DNA from: Eledone cirrhosa
Lineage: Eukaryota
Direction of reading: 5' to 3'
DNA length: 64,000 nt
Assembly (NCBI GenBank): GCA_964016885.1
Contig: OZ024743.1
Coordinates: forward strand, 249,984,001 to 250,048,000
The notes under the pieces were generated by a model that ran no database searches, was not told the DNA's origin, and saw only the letters and a list, made by a program, of their open reading frames with translations. The translations under genes were made by a program, and so were the position numbers. Below, in pieces: positions 25,539 through 40,035 of this stretch; position 1 is the first letter of the stretch, and every line of letters begins with the position of its first letter.

Positions 25539-25998
25539 TGGAGGCACATGGCTTAGTGGTTAGAGCATTGGCCTTGCAATCGAAAGGTTGTGAGTTCAAT
25601 TCTCAGACCGGGTGATGTGTTGTTTCCTTGAGCAAGGCACTTTATTTCACATTGCTCCAGTTTACTCAGCTGTAGAAATGAGATGATAGGGACTGGAATC
25701 CCTATCATTCCACTGCAAAGTGGTCGTGGAGGTGCCACGGCAAAAAAGCACCCAGCACTCACTGTAAATGAGGTTGGTGTTAGGAAGGGCATCCAGCTGT
25801 AGAAATCAAGCCAGAATCAGTTTCCGTCCCACCCTTGCAAGCAAGGAAAAGTGGACGTACTCAGCTGTAGAAATGAGATGATAGGGACTGGAATCCCTAT
25901 CATTCCACTGCAAAGTGGTCGTGGAGGTGCCACGGCAAAAAAGCACCCAGCACTCACTGTAAATGAGGTTGGTGTTAGGAAGGGCATCCAGCTGTAGA
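25539..25998 (+). mobile_element. SINE S1, full length (25539-25859), plus internal tandem duplication (about 25858-25998)
   Basis: A box TGGCTTAGTGG, B box GAGTTCAATTC and RTE-type tail, followed by a repeat of the central ~140 bp. Confidence 0.88.
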
Positions 25999-26176
25999 TA
26001 TATATATATGTATAAATATATGTATATATATATAAATGTATATATATACATATATATATATATGTATATATATATATGTATACATAAATGTATATATATA
26101 TGTATATATATATATATACATTTATGTATATATGTATATATATATATATATGTATATATATATGTATATATATATG

Positions 26177-26253
<77 letters not shown>

Positions 26254-26433
26254 ATATATGTGTGTGTATATATATATATATATATGAATATATGTGTATA
26301 TATATATATATATATGAATATATGTGTATATATATATATGTGTATATATATATATGAATATATATGTATATGAATATATATATGTGTGTATATGTGTGCA
26401 TATATATATGTGTATGTATATATATATGTATGT

Positions 26434-27722
26434 ATTTATTAAAATAACAGATTAAAGTTTAAGCAAAGAATCGCTGCTTTCACCCTTAACGGGATCTTCT
26501 GAAACTAACATAGTCAATCTGTAAACGCAGAACTGGATATTTCAAAAAACGTTGCAACCGGAGGAAGACAGGAAGACGATACTTTGGTTCAAAACTTTCC
26601 TGTATTACAGCCCTACGTTATACCCTAACGGATAGCACGATCTATACGTGGATATTTACGTCTTGATGTGGGAGCTAAGTATATGTTTTGTTTATTCCTT
26701 TACTTATTTGCATAGGTAAGTATATATTACCCGTATGTTTCGTGAAGGTATGTATACCTTCTCGTACGTATATTTGACTGTTTTGGCGTATAATCTTTAC
26801 ATATTCTGGTATTTAGGGCTTGGTTATGTGTATATGGGAGTTTTGCGTCTGCGTGAGTATGCAGGTTCGTACGTATGGTGGGTGTGTGTATATGTGTACT
26901 TCTTGTTTTAGTTGACTTACGTCTCCGAACCTTCATGTATTTATTTGTAGGTATGTGTGTGCGCTTGTTATATACGTATTTATTTACTTATATACGTTTA
27001 TATAATTATTTATTTATTTGTACACAAGCATACACACATACACATATTTATATGTGCGTGGCTTTGTATACCTATGGTAAGGTTTTGCGTATGCTTGTGT
27101 ATGTACGTATCTGTTTGCGTGTATGTATTTATTTGTTCCTATTACTTCTGTATTGTATTTATTTACTTTGTTCTTAACTCTGTAGCGGAGATTCATTCGG
27201 TCTCCTAGTTAGAATTTTAGTCTACGACTTCTGCTATACCATTTACGTGGTTTGTCTTTGCACGCTATTGTTCTCCACGCTCCACATATGACTTATTATC
27301 TTCGTTTTTTCGTTCATTGCCAGAGAACGTCTCTATGCACCACTTAGAGAACATTAGTCTACGACCTCTTTTATACCATAAACGTGGTTCTGTCCTTGCA
27401 CGTAATTGTTTTTCACCGCTCCTATTAATGACGTATTATTCGTTTTTTCCCGTTCTTTGCCAGCGAACGTCACCATGAACCAAAGTATCGTCTTCCTGTT
27501 TTCCTCCGGTTGCAACGTTTTTTGAAATATCCAGTTCTGCGTTTACAGATTGACTATGTTAGTTTCAGAAGATCCCGTTAAGGGTGAAAGCAGCGATTCT
27601 TTGCTTAAACTTTAATCTGTTATTTTAATAAATATTTGCTCTTCGGTTCTTATATATTTGATATATATTTTCCTTATCGAGCCCTCTCTGGATTTTAGTC
27701 TTCAATTTTATTATTATTACTA
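26434..27722 (+). mobile_element. Longest family F3 copy with ~158-bp inverted terminal segments
   Basis: 26434-26591 is the reverse complement of 27475-27632. Internal diverged ~138-bp tandem pair at 27217-27472. (TA)n flanks. Confidence 0.75.
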
Positions 27723-29677
27723 TATATGTATGTATATATATATGTATGTGTATATGTATATATATATATACACACACATATATATATATGTATAAATATA
27801 GATGTGTGTGTGTGTGTTTCCCCATACCACAAGCAAACAGAAATCTTCACACAGAAACATACACATCGCACTGTTTAACAGTGTGTGTGTATGTATCTAG
27901 TTAAATAGTGTGGTTCATCTGTGTGTGTGTGTGTCTATTTAATCAATGTAGTTCACATATGTGTGTCTGTATATCTAGTTAACCAGTGTGGTATATGTAT
28001 TGTGTGAGTGTGTGCATCTCTTTAAACATTGTAGTGTATGCATGTGTCTGTGTCTAGATAAACAGTGATGTTTATATTTGTGTGTATACTGGTTGAAATG
28101 GTCTGTTGGTAGTTAATGTGTGAAATTATTAAAAAAAATGAAAAGGAAATTTTTCCTTTGTGGTTTTTTGAAAACAAACTATTTTAGGTGGAAAAAAATT
28201 AATCGAATTTATTGAATTACTTTTTATTTGGAAGAAGTCAGAAGGTTGCGATATAAGAGGAGGTCACTCTGACGTGATTGATTATTAAGGCGTGAAATGT
28301 TATTTGAAAAGGAAAAAAATAAAATATTTTGTTCTAACCAGATTCCATACTATTGCTGTTGGTATTCGAATGATGAGGAAGTTTGCTTTGTAATCATGAG
28401 ATCCTGCATTCAATTTCACACAGTGCAAGTGTCTTTCTCATTGTTTCAGGTTGACCTAAGCCTAGTGATTAAAATTAGGGATACTAAAACAGTATAGAAC
28501 CCCATCAGAAGGACTGTGACTATAATTGATAGTTTCAGCTTTGTCATATCTTGTGTCAACTGATTTGGTTAGGTAATTATGTTAAAGGTACACATGTCTG
28601 TGGAATACTCAGCCACCTACCTACACTACAAAACAAGATAGACTATGACTATAATTGTAAGGTCCAGCTTTGTCACATTTAATGCCTGCCAATTTCACCA
28701 TCTATTTACTGCCTATGGTTGATAAATTAAAGAACACACCAAGTGACACACTTTTTACCCAAGTTTTTTCAGTTTATAATCAAATCAAATGTAATGTACT
28801 GTGTATTTAGGAAATGGAGTTTTCAGCAAATGTAGAGATGTTAAAAAATTGGCTGAGTAAAGCCAAGGTACACTGTTGTCACATATGTTGTAGCTTGGGT
28901 ATTTTTTAAACCTGGCAGAACCCCTCTCGCAGTCTATACACAGTGGATTTCTTCCAGAGACAGAGAGGGTGTGGGGAAAGAGAGTGTGAGTGATAGAGGA
29001 AGGGAAAAAGAGATATTAAAGAAGAATCAATCTCAGTAAGTTTAGCTAATAAATATGTGAAAATGAAATATTTTGTGTTCTTTGTATAGAAGCAAACTCT
29101 TGAACATTGGTATGCTGGTAACTTGTGATAAGCTCTATCTTTTAAAACAACCAGTATGATATCTAATTAAATATGCAAATTAGCCAATTATATATTCCAA
29201 TATGCAAATATTGAAGAAGGAAATATATTACTTTTATTTTAGGAAACAACGATATTTCATGCAATATTACAGATTCTTATATATATATATATATATGCTT
29301 ATATAAAAAGATATTATATATATATATATAATAATATATAATATATATTTTTATAAAAATGCAAATGGATACACATATAATGTAACTTAATATCTGTATA
29401 CACACACATGCATACAAGTACATATATACAAATATATACATCCATCCATACATATCTACACACATGCATACAAAGATTTATACATACTGTTACATAAACG
29501 GAATAACAAGGCACTCAATGTAGAATTTATAGATATTTGTGAAACTTTAAGTTATGCAATTCTGAATCAAACTGTTTATACAAATAAATAAGTAGATAGA
29601 TATGTTTCTTTAAGTAGATAGATAGACATACAGTATGCATGCAAGTATGTATGTATATATAAATATATATATATAAT

Positions 29678-29851
29678 TTCCACTGCAGAGTGGTCGTGGA
29701 GGTGCCACGGCAAAAAAGCATGCAGCACTCACTGTAAATGAGGTTGGTGTTAGGAAGGGCATCCAGCTGTAGAAATCAAGCCAGAATCAGTTCCCGTCCC
29801 ACCCTTGCAAGCAGGGAAAAGCGGACGTAAAATGATGATGATGATGATGAT
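29678..29851 (+). mobile_element. SINE S1, 5'-truncated
   Basis: Central domain, RTE-type tail and (ATG)n. Confidence 0.85.
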
Positions 29852-31754
29852 ATAACTGGGGTTGTATATTAAATCATAGATGAAATATTCATGTAAATAT
29901 ACATTTAAACATTTTTATATCCTCAATATAAAATTTTAGAATCAGTGATTAGCCACAACTGGTCTTTAGCAACCAACCAAGGGAGAGCACTTTAACAACC
30001 CCATTTCTGGTTCATTAACCGTCATCGGAGAGGTTAACACCTACTTGAATACTAAGACGAAAATAAGCTTATAGATTTTATGCTTATGAACATCATTTAC
30101 TCTCATATATATATATATAACATAAATGACTTCTACAGGTCTATAGCTAGTTCATTCATTACTATATGAAATATATATGTTACTTCTCTACTAATGTATT
30201 GAATACCTTATTTATATTTTCTCCTTGGAAAACCATTCTTATACACACACACAGACACACACACATGCACACACACACATATATATATAAAACACATACA
30301 TATTTGCATATATATGTGTATACACACATTTATGATTGACAGCTTTTTTCAACATTGGAGTTTAAGGCCATCATCAAAAGTAATAAAGCATATAAAGAAT
30401 GTATATATAAAACACACAAAAAGTACATATAAAACACACAAGAATGTATATATAAAACACAGAAGAAAATATACACAAAACACACAAGAATGTATAAAAA
30501 ATAAAAACGGAAGGATGAAGAAATAAGATAGCACTGAACAAGTCCAATAAATGGAAAAATATGAAAAAAATGAAAACAATATTTCTGCTATAATTATTTA
30601 TAGTCTCTGAAGAATGTTAATAGTGACTTCTGCTCCAGACATACCAAAAATCAATGTCATTCTCAGAAGGTATAAACGAATATTGTTTTGTCTAAATATT
30701 CATTTTCAAAATGTGTCTTTTAATTGATTTGGTAGCAAACAAATGGCAGGTCAAGTGGAAAATAGTTTAAACTATTACCATAGGCACAGGCCACTGGTAT
30801 AGCTATATAATTATGGAGTTTGCTTTGCAGCAATGTGGTTTCAGATTTACTGCCACTCTGTGGTGCCTTAGGCAAATATTTTCTACTATAACCTTAAGTT
30901 GTGAGTGAAATTTGGTAGCAGAATCTGTGCATATGACGGACTATAGAAAAGAAAAAAGAAATGTTTTTTCATTTTTTCCTTTTCTTTCTCTCATCTACCC
31001 TATTTTTTTCTAATTCTCATTCTATCATCTGATGAAGGACTAATGTCCAAAATATTAAGACTCTGTTCCAACTTCATCAATCATTAAACTAATATATATC
31101 ATCATTGTAGTACATTGTTTTTCCTTGATGACATTTATGTTGTATATATATATACACACACACAGAGAAGGGAGGGATACAGAAAAAGAGAGAGAGCAGT
31201 ACATATATTTTTATATGTGTGGAACATTCTTTTAAAGACATGACTACGTTCAAGTTTTAACATATTTTCTTATAAACCTTTTACAGCTCATTTGCAACAC
31301 CAAATTTTTAAATCCATATTTTAATTGACGTTTCTAGACTTTCACAATTTCATCATTAGGAGTCTTTTATTGCAGACAGATGTACTTTATGAAATTTTAT
31401 ACAGTTCCTTCATTCTTCACCAGCATTATAGATAGAAAGAATATAGCGATGCTCTTTATGAATATCAAAAATATCGTGGGAAATACTATAACTTGTTAAT
31501 TGAATTTCAATGTCGTTTTGGAAGCATTGTGACAATATTATAAAAAAAAAGTTTTAATTCCCAAACAAAGCAGATGAAGAAAAAGATGAGGTTTTATTTC
31601 TTCGTACGAAATGTCTGGGGTTTTAAGTAACTAAAATCTTTTTACTATAAATTTTTGTTTTCTTTTATTTTAAACACCACCAGAAGTAGATTTAGTATAT
31701 TAATTGCTGAGATAATCCCAATAGATCGAATTATATATATATATATATGTATAC

Positions 31755-31798
<44 letters not shown>

Positions 31799-31938
31799 AT
31801 GTTTGTGTATATGTATATATGTGCATGTATATATATGTGTGTGTGTGGATATAGGCATGTATACGTACTTGTATATACACATGCACAACCATGCAGGGTA
31901 GCTCTTGGAATTTTCCTTTACTATTTATCTTGTAATTC

Positions 31939-32168
31939 TTAACCCTTTAGCATTTATATTAATCTCTATTTACTATCATATTTTCACAGTAAACAATTCA
32001 TCTCACATAATTATCCCACATAATATCGAATCTATGAGATTTTGATATAATTTATTTTGAGAACAATACCTTAACATAAGTCTGAGCCACCAGTTATGGC
32101 TGGTTTGAATAGAAAGAGGTGAGAGAATTTTGGCTGAATACGACAGGTTTAAATGCTAAAGAATTAAA
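31939..32168. mobile_element. TTAA-flanked MITE with ccctttagcattta TIRs
   Basis: ttaaccctttagcattta...taaatgctaaagaattaa. Sister copies at 42628-42857 and 61158-61371. Confidence 0.7.
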
Positions 32169-32653
32169 CCCAAAGTATATTATATTTACTGTTAAATTTT
32201 GAAATTAGTGTATCTCCTCTGAAACTAGATCTTAAGTTGTTATAAGTTTCTTAGTCACTAAAACCTTTACTTTATTTTAGATACATTTATTATTGTTGTA
32301 TGCTTCTATAAATTTTTATTATTTTCTTAGTATATTCTATCAATGTTAATTTTTTTAACATTTTTCACTTACTAAAGGTAATTGAACTTATAAGTTCTAT
32401 TTGTAAATCACCAGCTATATTTTAGTGTATAGTATATTTGTATCAATACATTATAGTTAGTAATATACCTATAGTTTCTGAAAGATATATTATAGTTTTT
32501 ATCATTGATAAATTTTAATTATGTATCACACTGTTTAACAGTGTGTGTGTCTCCATCTTGTCTTTAGCAGATTATTTTTATTAGCAATACTGGCAATATG
32601 ACTATCCCCAAGTATATCAATATATATATTTATGTATATATATATATATATTT

Positions 32654-33152
32654 ATCATCATCATCATCATCGTTTAACGTCCATCTTCCACGCTTGCATG
32701 CGTTTGGACGGGAGTTTTCCCACCTGAGGCAAGATTGGTTGTCCTGCTCGTATAGGACTGTCTGGCAGATTTTCTACGGCTGGATGCCCTTCCTAACACC
32801 AACCACGTTTACAGTGTGGACTGGGAGGTTTTTACCATGTTACCTACACGGCCACATTACAGCGTGGACTGTGTGTTTTTTTGTCGTGACACCTACACGT
32901 CTGGCGGGTTTTCTACGGCTGGATGCCCTTCTCAACACCAACCACGTTTACAGTGTGTACTGGGAGGTTTTTACCGTGTTACCTACATGGCCACATTACA
33001 GTGTGGACTGTGTGTTTTTTTTGTCGTGACACCTACACGACCTCATTTGTTTCGGACTGGATGTTGTGGTACCAACATAACTTCACATTTAAGGGGATGG
33101 TGTGGATGGGGTGGGGGTAGTGGGACGGGGGTGTATTTCGTTAGAGGTGCCT
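32654..33152 (-). mobile_element. RTE-associated 3' UTR fragment with a duplicated SINE-like domain
   Basis: About 32770-32900 is repeated at 32908-33040. Similar to 61770-62082. (ATG)n tail. Confidence 0.7.
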
Positions 33153-33426
33153 ATTATATATATATATATTCAAAATAGGGAGCGCACAGGACAAAGATAA
33201 AGGAAAAAAACAACGGAAAGAAGGACAGTCTCATCTCTTCAGTCAACCTCTGTAAATCATTACGATTTCGGTTCATATGTATATATAGATTAAGTAGAAT
33301 CAAAGTCAGTGTTGCAGAATATGTACAAACTTTATTAGCATATTACAATTAGAATACAACCCACAAGAGATGGACCTCATGACAGCACTGAGTGGTTTCA
33401 ATGGTGCACTGCCTGTAACTGTAGTT

Positions 33427-33551
<125 letters not shown>

Positions 33552-33625
33552 CAAGCCAGAATCAGTTCCCGTCCCACCCCTGCAAGCAGGGAAAAGCGGA
33601 CATAAAATGAAATAAAATGAATATG

Positions 33626-33656
<31 letters not shown>

Positions 33657-33707
33657 GTATATATATATGTATATATATATATATGTATATATATGTATAT
33701 GTATATG

Positions 33708-33738
<31 letters not shown>

Positions 33739-33847
33739 GTATATATATATGTATATATATATATATGTATATATATGTATATGTATATGTATATATATAT
33801 ATGTATATATATATATATGTATATGTATATATATATATATGTATATA

Positions 33848-34074
<227 letters not shown>

Positions 34075-34135
34075 GGAAAAAATGAAACAAAATTTCGTTT
34101 TTCACTCTTAGTACGGCTGTTACTTAAATATAAGA

Positions 34136-34209
<74 letters not shown>

Positions 34210-34465
34210 GGGACCTTTACTATATCTGTATTTAGTATACAGCACACTCCCTTAACTATCTTTGTAGCTGTACATGTTATCTATTTACAGATAGCAGTTA
34301 ATTATAATGTTTGTGATAATAAAATGTAGTTTAGTGTGTAGCTAGATAATATTCAGTTACATGTTGGTGTGATGTGTGGAACACAATACTGGTTTCTGAT
34401 GTCTTCGATACATATATATATACATATATATATATTTACACATATTTATATTTACACACACACAT

Positions 34466-34507
<42 letters not shown>

Positions 34508-35224
34508 TACATATCCACATTCAAAGTGTCTGTTAATGATACATTTATTAGTGTGTGTGTTAGTGTTTGTTGGCTATCATTTATAGCCTACTGTATAAAC
34601 TACCAACTATCAATCAATTACAGAGACACCTCACCCCAACACTGCTTTCACCATCACCACCACTCCTATAGACATTCTTTTCTTCAAAGAATGTCCCAAT
34701 GTGACCTACATGACAACAGTGGCACTGCTGCTTCTGCTTACAGATCTCTGCAATGGGGTAGATGTCTCACACACACACACATCATGCGCACATCACATCA
34801 CATACACACACAGAAATATCCAGCCCAGCATCCAATAAAGGACCAACTCTTAGGCTGATTGAGTGACTCAGTGTTTAGCTGGTTGAGTTACTCAAACACT
34901 CATAAATACAGAAATATCATATACCACTTTCACAAATTGTGTGTGTGTCTACTTGTACGTGTGCATACACACATACATGTGTGCATATATTTTGATAGGT
35001 TTTGCCCAGTGTTGGCCCAGAAACCTTTCAGATTATGGATTCACAACTTAGTCAGATTTTGGACAACCTGACCCACTCTAGTAAAGAGTTATTGTTTTCA
35101 CAGACATATCCAGGCTTAGGAGGTTTATCCATGATTTCTTGGAGGAATTTGCCCAGGAAAACTTTGAATATTATAGGATCTATTTCTGATGTATTTCAGA
35201 ATAATTTTAAAGAGAGCAGAGTCA

Positions 35225-36960
35225 GTTGAGGTGAAGTAATTGTGTCATATAGTTGCTACGAGATGCAAGTTTGATTTTCATATTGGGCAGATGGAATGGG
35301 GACCAATCCTTGGGTGGATTTTAAAGGTAATGTCAACATCATTTGGGCAATATTGATGGAATATTTCCCTCGTGATACAAATGATGTAGTGGTCACAGCA
35401 GCATTGGAGAGAGTAAAGTTTGAATTTTTCTAGTCAACCTCCATTAGTCAAGGCATGTCCTACCATCTATTTTTGGGGGGTGTTTCAATTTTCATAATAC
35501 TTTGTTTCATGTGAGGAGACCACAGCGGACAACAGTATTCAAAGCAGGGCCGAGCAAAGGCAGAGTAGGATAATGTTATGAATTTCACTAGACTGAAAAG
35601 TTCTGAGAATCCAGGAACACATCATGTGGGCCAAGTTACTTTGGTTTTCATGTGAGTATTCCAGCTTAAGTTGTTACCAACAATTACTCCAAGGTCTCTG
35701 GGATTGTTTAATGCCATGAGGGTTACACCTGAGGGAAGAGATTATGGTAGCTTCAATGCATCCTCTTTTCCAAAGTGGATTAATTCAAATTGATTCTCAT
35801 CTATATTGTCTTTTGTCGCCCATTGGATAACAACAAGCAGATCCGATTGAAAGCTTTTTCCGTTTCCCCACTCCATTGATGACCTTCTGAAGCTTGGAAC
35901 CATCTGCAAAATCATCTTATTTTGCTATGCTTGATGATGTGTATAATGTCATTTATGGTTCTATGTTGGAACCATCTTCCAAAGCTTTTAGAATGTCATC
36001 AAATACTTTGATGATATGAGAGGTAATGAGATTGGACAGTAATTCACTACCAAGGATTTGTTCTCGTTTTTGAAAAACTGGGACGCTGACTGGGACAGGA
36101 AGTGTTCAGGGATATGGCCTGCGCTCAGTGAGTTACTCCAAAAGATTAGCAAGAGGGGATGCAAGTTGATATCAACAATTCTTCAGGATATTAGCAGGCC
36201 CTACTGCTGAGTTGTTTTTGATTTTGTATATTGCTGCTAATATACAGATATAGTGTGTTGGGGTTTATATCACAGATACTGTCCAGATCAACCAAATCAG
36301 GATTGGTAAAAACCGAGCAGTTTTGTTTCTGCAGTATCTCAGTCATGGTTTTAACATCATCATGGAGGGTGTTATTTTCATCAGCAAGAAGGCCAACAGT
36401 GGAGACAGCAACCTTGTGTCTTTTAGCAAATGAAAAAAGAATACTTTAAGATTGAGTTTGATTTTCTCAATGGCCCAGTGCTCCTCTGCTGTCCTTTAGT
36501 TATTCGTGATGGTCTTCATGCTGCTTTGGAGGTTATGCTCTTTTGATTCAAGCAATGCAATAACAGTATATGGGTGTGTTGCTGCTGGCAGTATTTTAGT
36601 TGGTTGGATTTTCTTTATTAGTTCTTTTTATTTTTCTAATAATAATTCTTCTATTCCTTGGAATTCTGCACTTAGTTTTGTTCACAGATCATATTGGGGT
36701 ATGTTTTCCACATATACTTGTAACAGTATCTGCAAATATCTGCCAAGATGTCTTGATGTTGGTGGATCATTGTATTTAACTCTTGGCTGGTGGAATATCA
36801 AATTACAGACAACAGTGTCATGGTCTGAGGGAAGGGGTTTTTTCACTGCAGTATTGTGAATGGTATTTGTGTGGTTATTAAATAATAGGTCCAAAATGTT
36901 TTTGTGACATCTTGTGGGTGTCAGCACAATTTGGTTCAGAAAAAAAACTCATCCATTAAA
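35225..36960 (-). pseudogene. Degraded CR1-like APE-RT LINE
   Basis: PTR...NILDLLF...SDH (end of AP endonuclease), plus NYxPIS(L)TSHIIKVF and FADxSKL remnants of RT. Confidence 0.75.
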
Positions 36961-37030
36961 TATTCAATGTTTATTGCCGTCATTGTTGATAGCAATGGTT
37001 CATTAGTATAGTATATATAATTTATGACTA

Positions 37031-37134
37031 GTTACTACAACAGCACCATACTAGTTCATTTTCATTAGTTTCAATAAGTTGGTCCCCCAGGGCTAACAAA
37101 ACGTACGTACCTGGTATGGTGCCGTTGTAGTAAC
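37031..37134 (+). ncRNA. Decayed hammerhead-like motif inside a ~21-bp inverted repeat
   Basis: tcaataa-gttggtcc-ccca-gggctaac-aAAAC-gtac-GTA at 37071-37109; the core is mutated. Confidence 0.4.
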
Positions 37135-37251
37135 AGGCCTTAATAATTTTATTCAAACTACAGACGAGAGTTGCTCTATACCTTAGATAGTTTTACTTAC
37201 TTATTACTACTATTATATATATATATATATAAGGTGTATGTATATATATAT

Positions 37252-37627
37252 ATCATCATCATCATTTTATGTCGGCTTTTATGTCTGCTTGCAAGGGTGG
37301 GACGGGAACTGATTCTGGCTTGATTTCTACAGCTGGATGCTCTTCCTAACACCACCCTCATTTACAGTGAGTGCTGGGTGCTTTTTTCCGTGGCGCCTAC
37401 ACGTCCACTTTACAGTGTGGGCTGGGTGCTTTTTTGGCCGTGGCACCTCCACGACCACTTTGCAGTGGAATGATAGGGACCCTATTCCTATCATCTCATT
37501 TCTACAGCTGAGTAAACTGGAGCAATGTGAAATAAAGTGTCTTGTTCAAGGAAACAACACAACACCCTGAGAATTGAACTCACAACCTTTCGATTGCAAG
37601 CCCAATGCCCTAACCACTAAGCCATGT
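37252..37627 (-). mobile_element. SINE S1
   Basis: Matches the other S1 copies and carries an extra internal ~45-bp subrepeat. Confidence 0.85.
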
Positions 37628-37736
37628 TTATGTTTACTAATATATATATATGTTTACAATATATATATTTATATATATATATATGTTTACAATATATATA
37701 TTTATATATATATATATGTTTACAATATATATATAT

Positions 37737-39568
37737 ATGTTTACTAATATTAGAAATAAATCATCTGCTTCATTTCTACAATTTGATATAGTTGCTTATT
37801 ATCCCTCTATATCACCCATACTCCTGAACAAAGCCTTGATATTTTCCAAAAATAGATCAAACTTAACTATGGATGACATTAATATTATCACGCACGCTAG
37901 ACAGACTCTACTGGAATTTCAGAAGGAATACTGGACCAGAAATACATATAGTAATCTATTCGACATTACTATGGGCTCTAGTGATTCTGCCCAAATTACC
38001 GATCTTGTGGGCCTCTTTCTTCTATTTAACATAAATTCTTCTTTTCCCCACCTTAAAGGTGGTTTATATCGTGATGACTGTCTTCTTCTCTCCACTAACC
38101 TTAGCCTATCAGAAATTGAAAAATATAAAAAAACTTATTAGAACTTTCCCCAAAGACTATTATAGTCTCACTATTACATTTGAAAATACCAGTAAAATAG
38201 TTAATTTCCTAGATATAACTTTAGACTTATCTACAGGTATCTATCAACCTTACCATAAACCTAACCAAAACTTACATTACATACACTCACAATCCAATCA
38301 CCCTAGATCCATCCTTAAAAACCTAGCATATAATATCTCACACAGAATTTCTAACCTTTCATCTAACCAGGATGTATTCGATAAAAATGCGCCCTTTTAT
38401 AACGAAGCTTTAGTTAGAAGCGGCCACAAAAACAAATTAGTCTACATACCTTGCACCAATAATACTTCAAACATACAACCCAATATTACCAACAAATACC
38501 AAATGAAAAACACACACCTAAATGCCACTCACACTACACCCAAAAATACCAACCTAAAACTTAATTTGTCTACCTCTTCTCACATAAAATATAATAACTT
38601 TCAAAAAACCATTCATCCTAATACTCCAATATACGTTAATAACATTACTAACAAAATTCCTAATAATCAGACTAAAACACCTAAATCAGTTAATCTAACT
38701 AAACCTATATATAATAAATTCACTAATACTAATTCTCTTAGTAAACATCCTGATACATCGTATAAATATAAAAAACAACATCGAAACCGTAATAGACGAA
38801 TTACTTGGTATAATGCTCCAGTTAATCTACAAATTAAAGATAATATCCCTAGAAAATGTTTTACTCTCCTAGAGAAAAACTTCCCGCCAAACCATAAATA
38901 CGATCAAATTTTAAATAGATCAACTGTCAAATTTTCCTACTCCACTACCAAAAATATACAACAAAATATAAGTGCGTACAATGCATAAAAATATAAAAAA
39001 AACCACCAATATTCCACCAACACATCAAACCAACCATACTAAAATAAACCGCAACAAACCACCATCTCCTTCACATATAACAAGTCGAGTAAATTCCACA
39101 CCAAATTTGACTAAATCCCCTGATATAACATTCACGAATGTTTGTAACTGTAGAAACAAAAGAAATTGTCCATTAAAGGGAAATTGTCTTATTAATAACA
39201 TAGTATATAAATGTAAAATTAGCACTAAGGACTCAACTTATTCATATATAGGAGCTACGTCTAACCAATTTAAAGTAAGATTTAATACCCACAAACATAG
39301 TTTTAAAAATGCCGAATTAGCTAATACAACATCATTGGCTGAAACGATTAATAATTATAGAAAAAAGAATATCGATTACAACCTGACATGGAATGTGCTC
39401 AAAAGGACCACCCCTTATCAAAATAACAGATATGAGTGTAGATTATGCTCCCAGGAACTTTTTGAAATAATGAAATCTAAGGATATCCTATTAAATAAGC
39501 GACAAGAATTAATTATATCTTGCAATCATAGAATTAGAAGAACATTCAAATATTATAAACCTAATTAA
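37737..39568 (+). pseudogene. Penelope-like element RT plus C-terminal GIY-YIG (5'-truncated, two frameshifts)
   Basis: FDIVAYYPSI, MGSSDSAQITDLVG, YRDD, FLD, YHKPN, SNHP, then CNCRNKRNCPL, IVY/YIG and CRLC..E. Frameshifts near 38135 and 38985. Confidence 0.93.
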
Positions 39569-39719
39569 TATACACCTTACACTTATATTTTACATATTAT
39601 TATAATTATTTTTTTTTATTTAGTTAACCTATAATTAGTACTTTACTACAGAGAACTTCATAATTTTATTTCCCTCTTACAGTTCTCTTTTCCTAAAATT
39701 AATACCTAAAAGTATACAT

Positions 39720-40035
39720 ATAAATTAATTTAATTTCCTGTTATGAATCTAGATTCCTTGTAGTCTATATAAGATTGGTATTTCTCACTACTACATTTAT
39801 CCCAAAATTTTATTTTCCTTCGTTTTTAACAACATTCTTTAATAACATCTAATTCTTATTTATCACATCCATATGAATTAATATAAATTTATCCCTATAA
39901 GTATACCTATCAATTAATTTAATTTCTTGTTATAGATCTAAATTCCTTGTGTTTTAAATAAGATTGGTATTTTTCACTAACACCTTTACCCTAAAATGTT
40001 ATTCTCCTTCGGTTTTAACATTACCTTTATTCTTT
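39720..40035 (+). repeat. Diverged direct duplication (~190-bp period) in the PLE 3' region
   Basis: aattaatttaatttc...aagattggtattt...ttttaaca at about 39723 and 39912. Confidence 0.75.

Noticed and set aside
25539-25612. tRNA gene
   Set aside because: The A and B boxes belong to a SINE head that continues into SINE body; no intact cloverleaf.
30335-30380. Possible minus-strand HHR (ttgatga...gaaa...gtc), and CTGAAGA motifs at 5074, 30607 and about 33236(-)
   Set aside because: Stems could not be formed convincingly.
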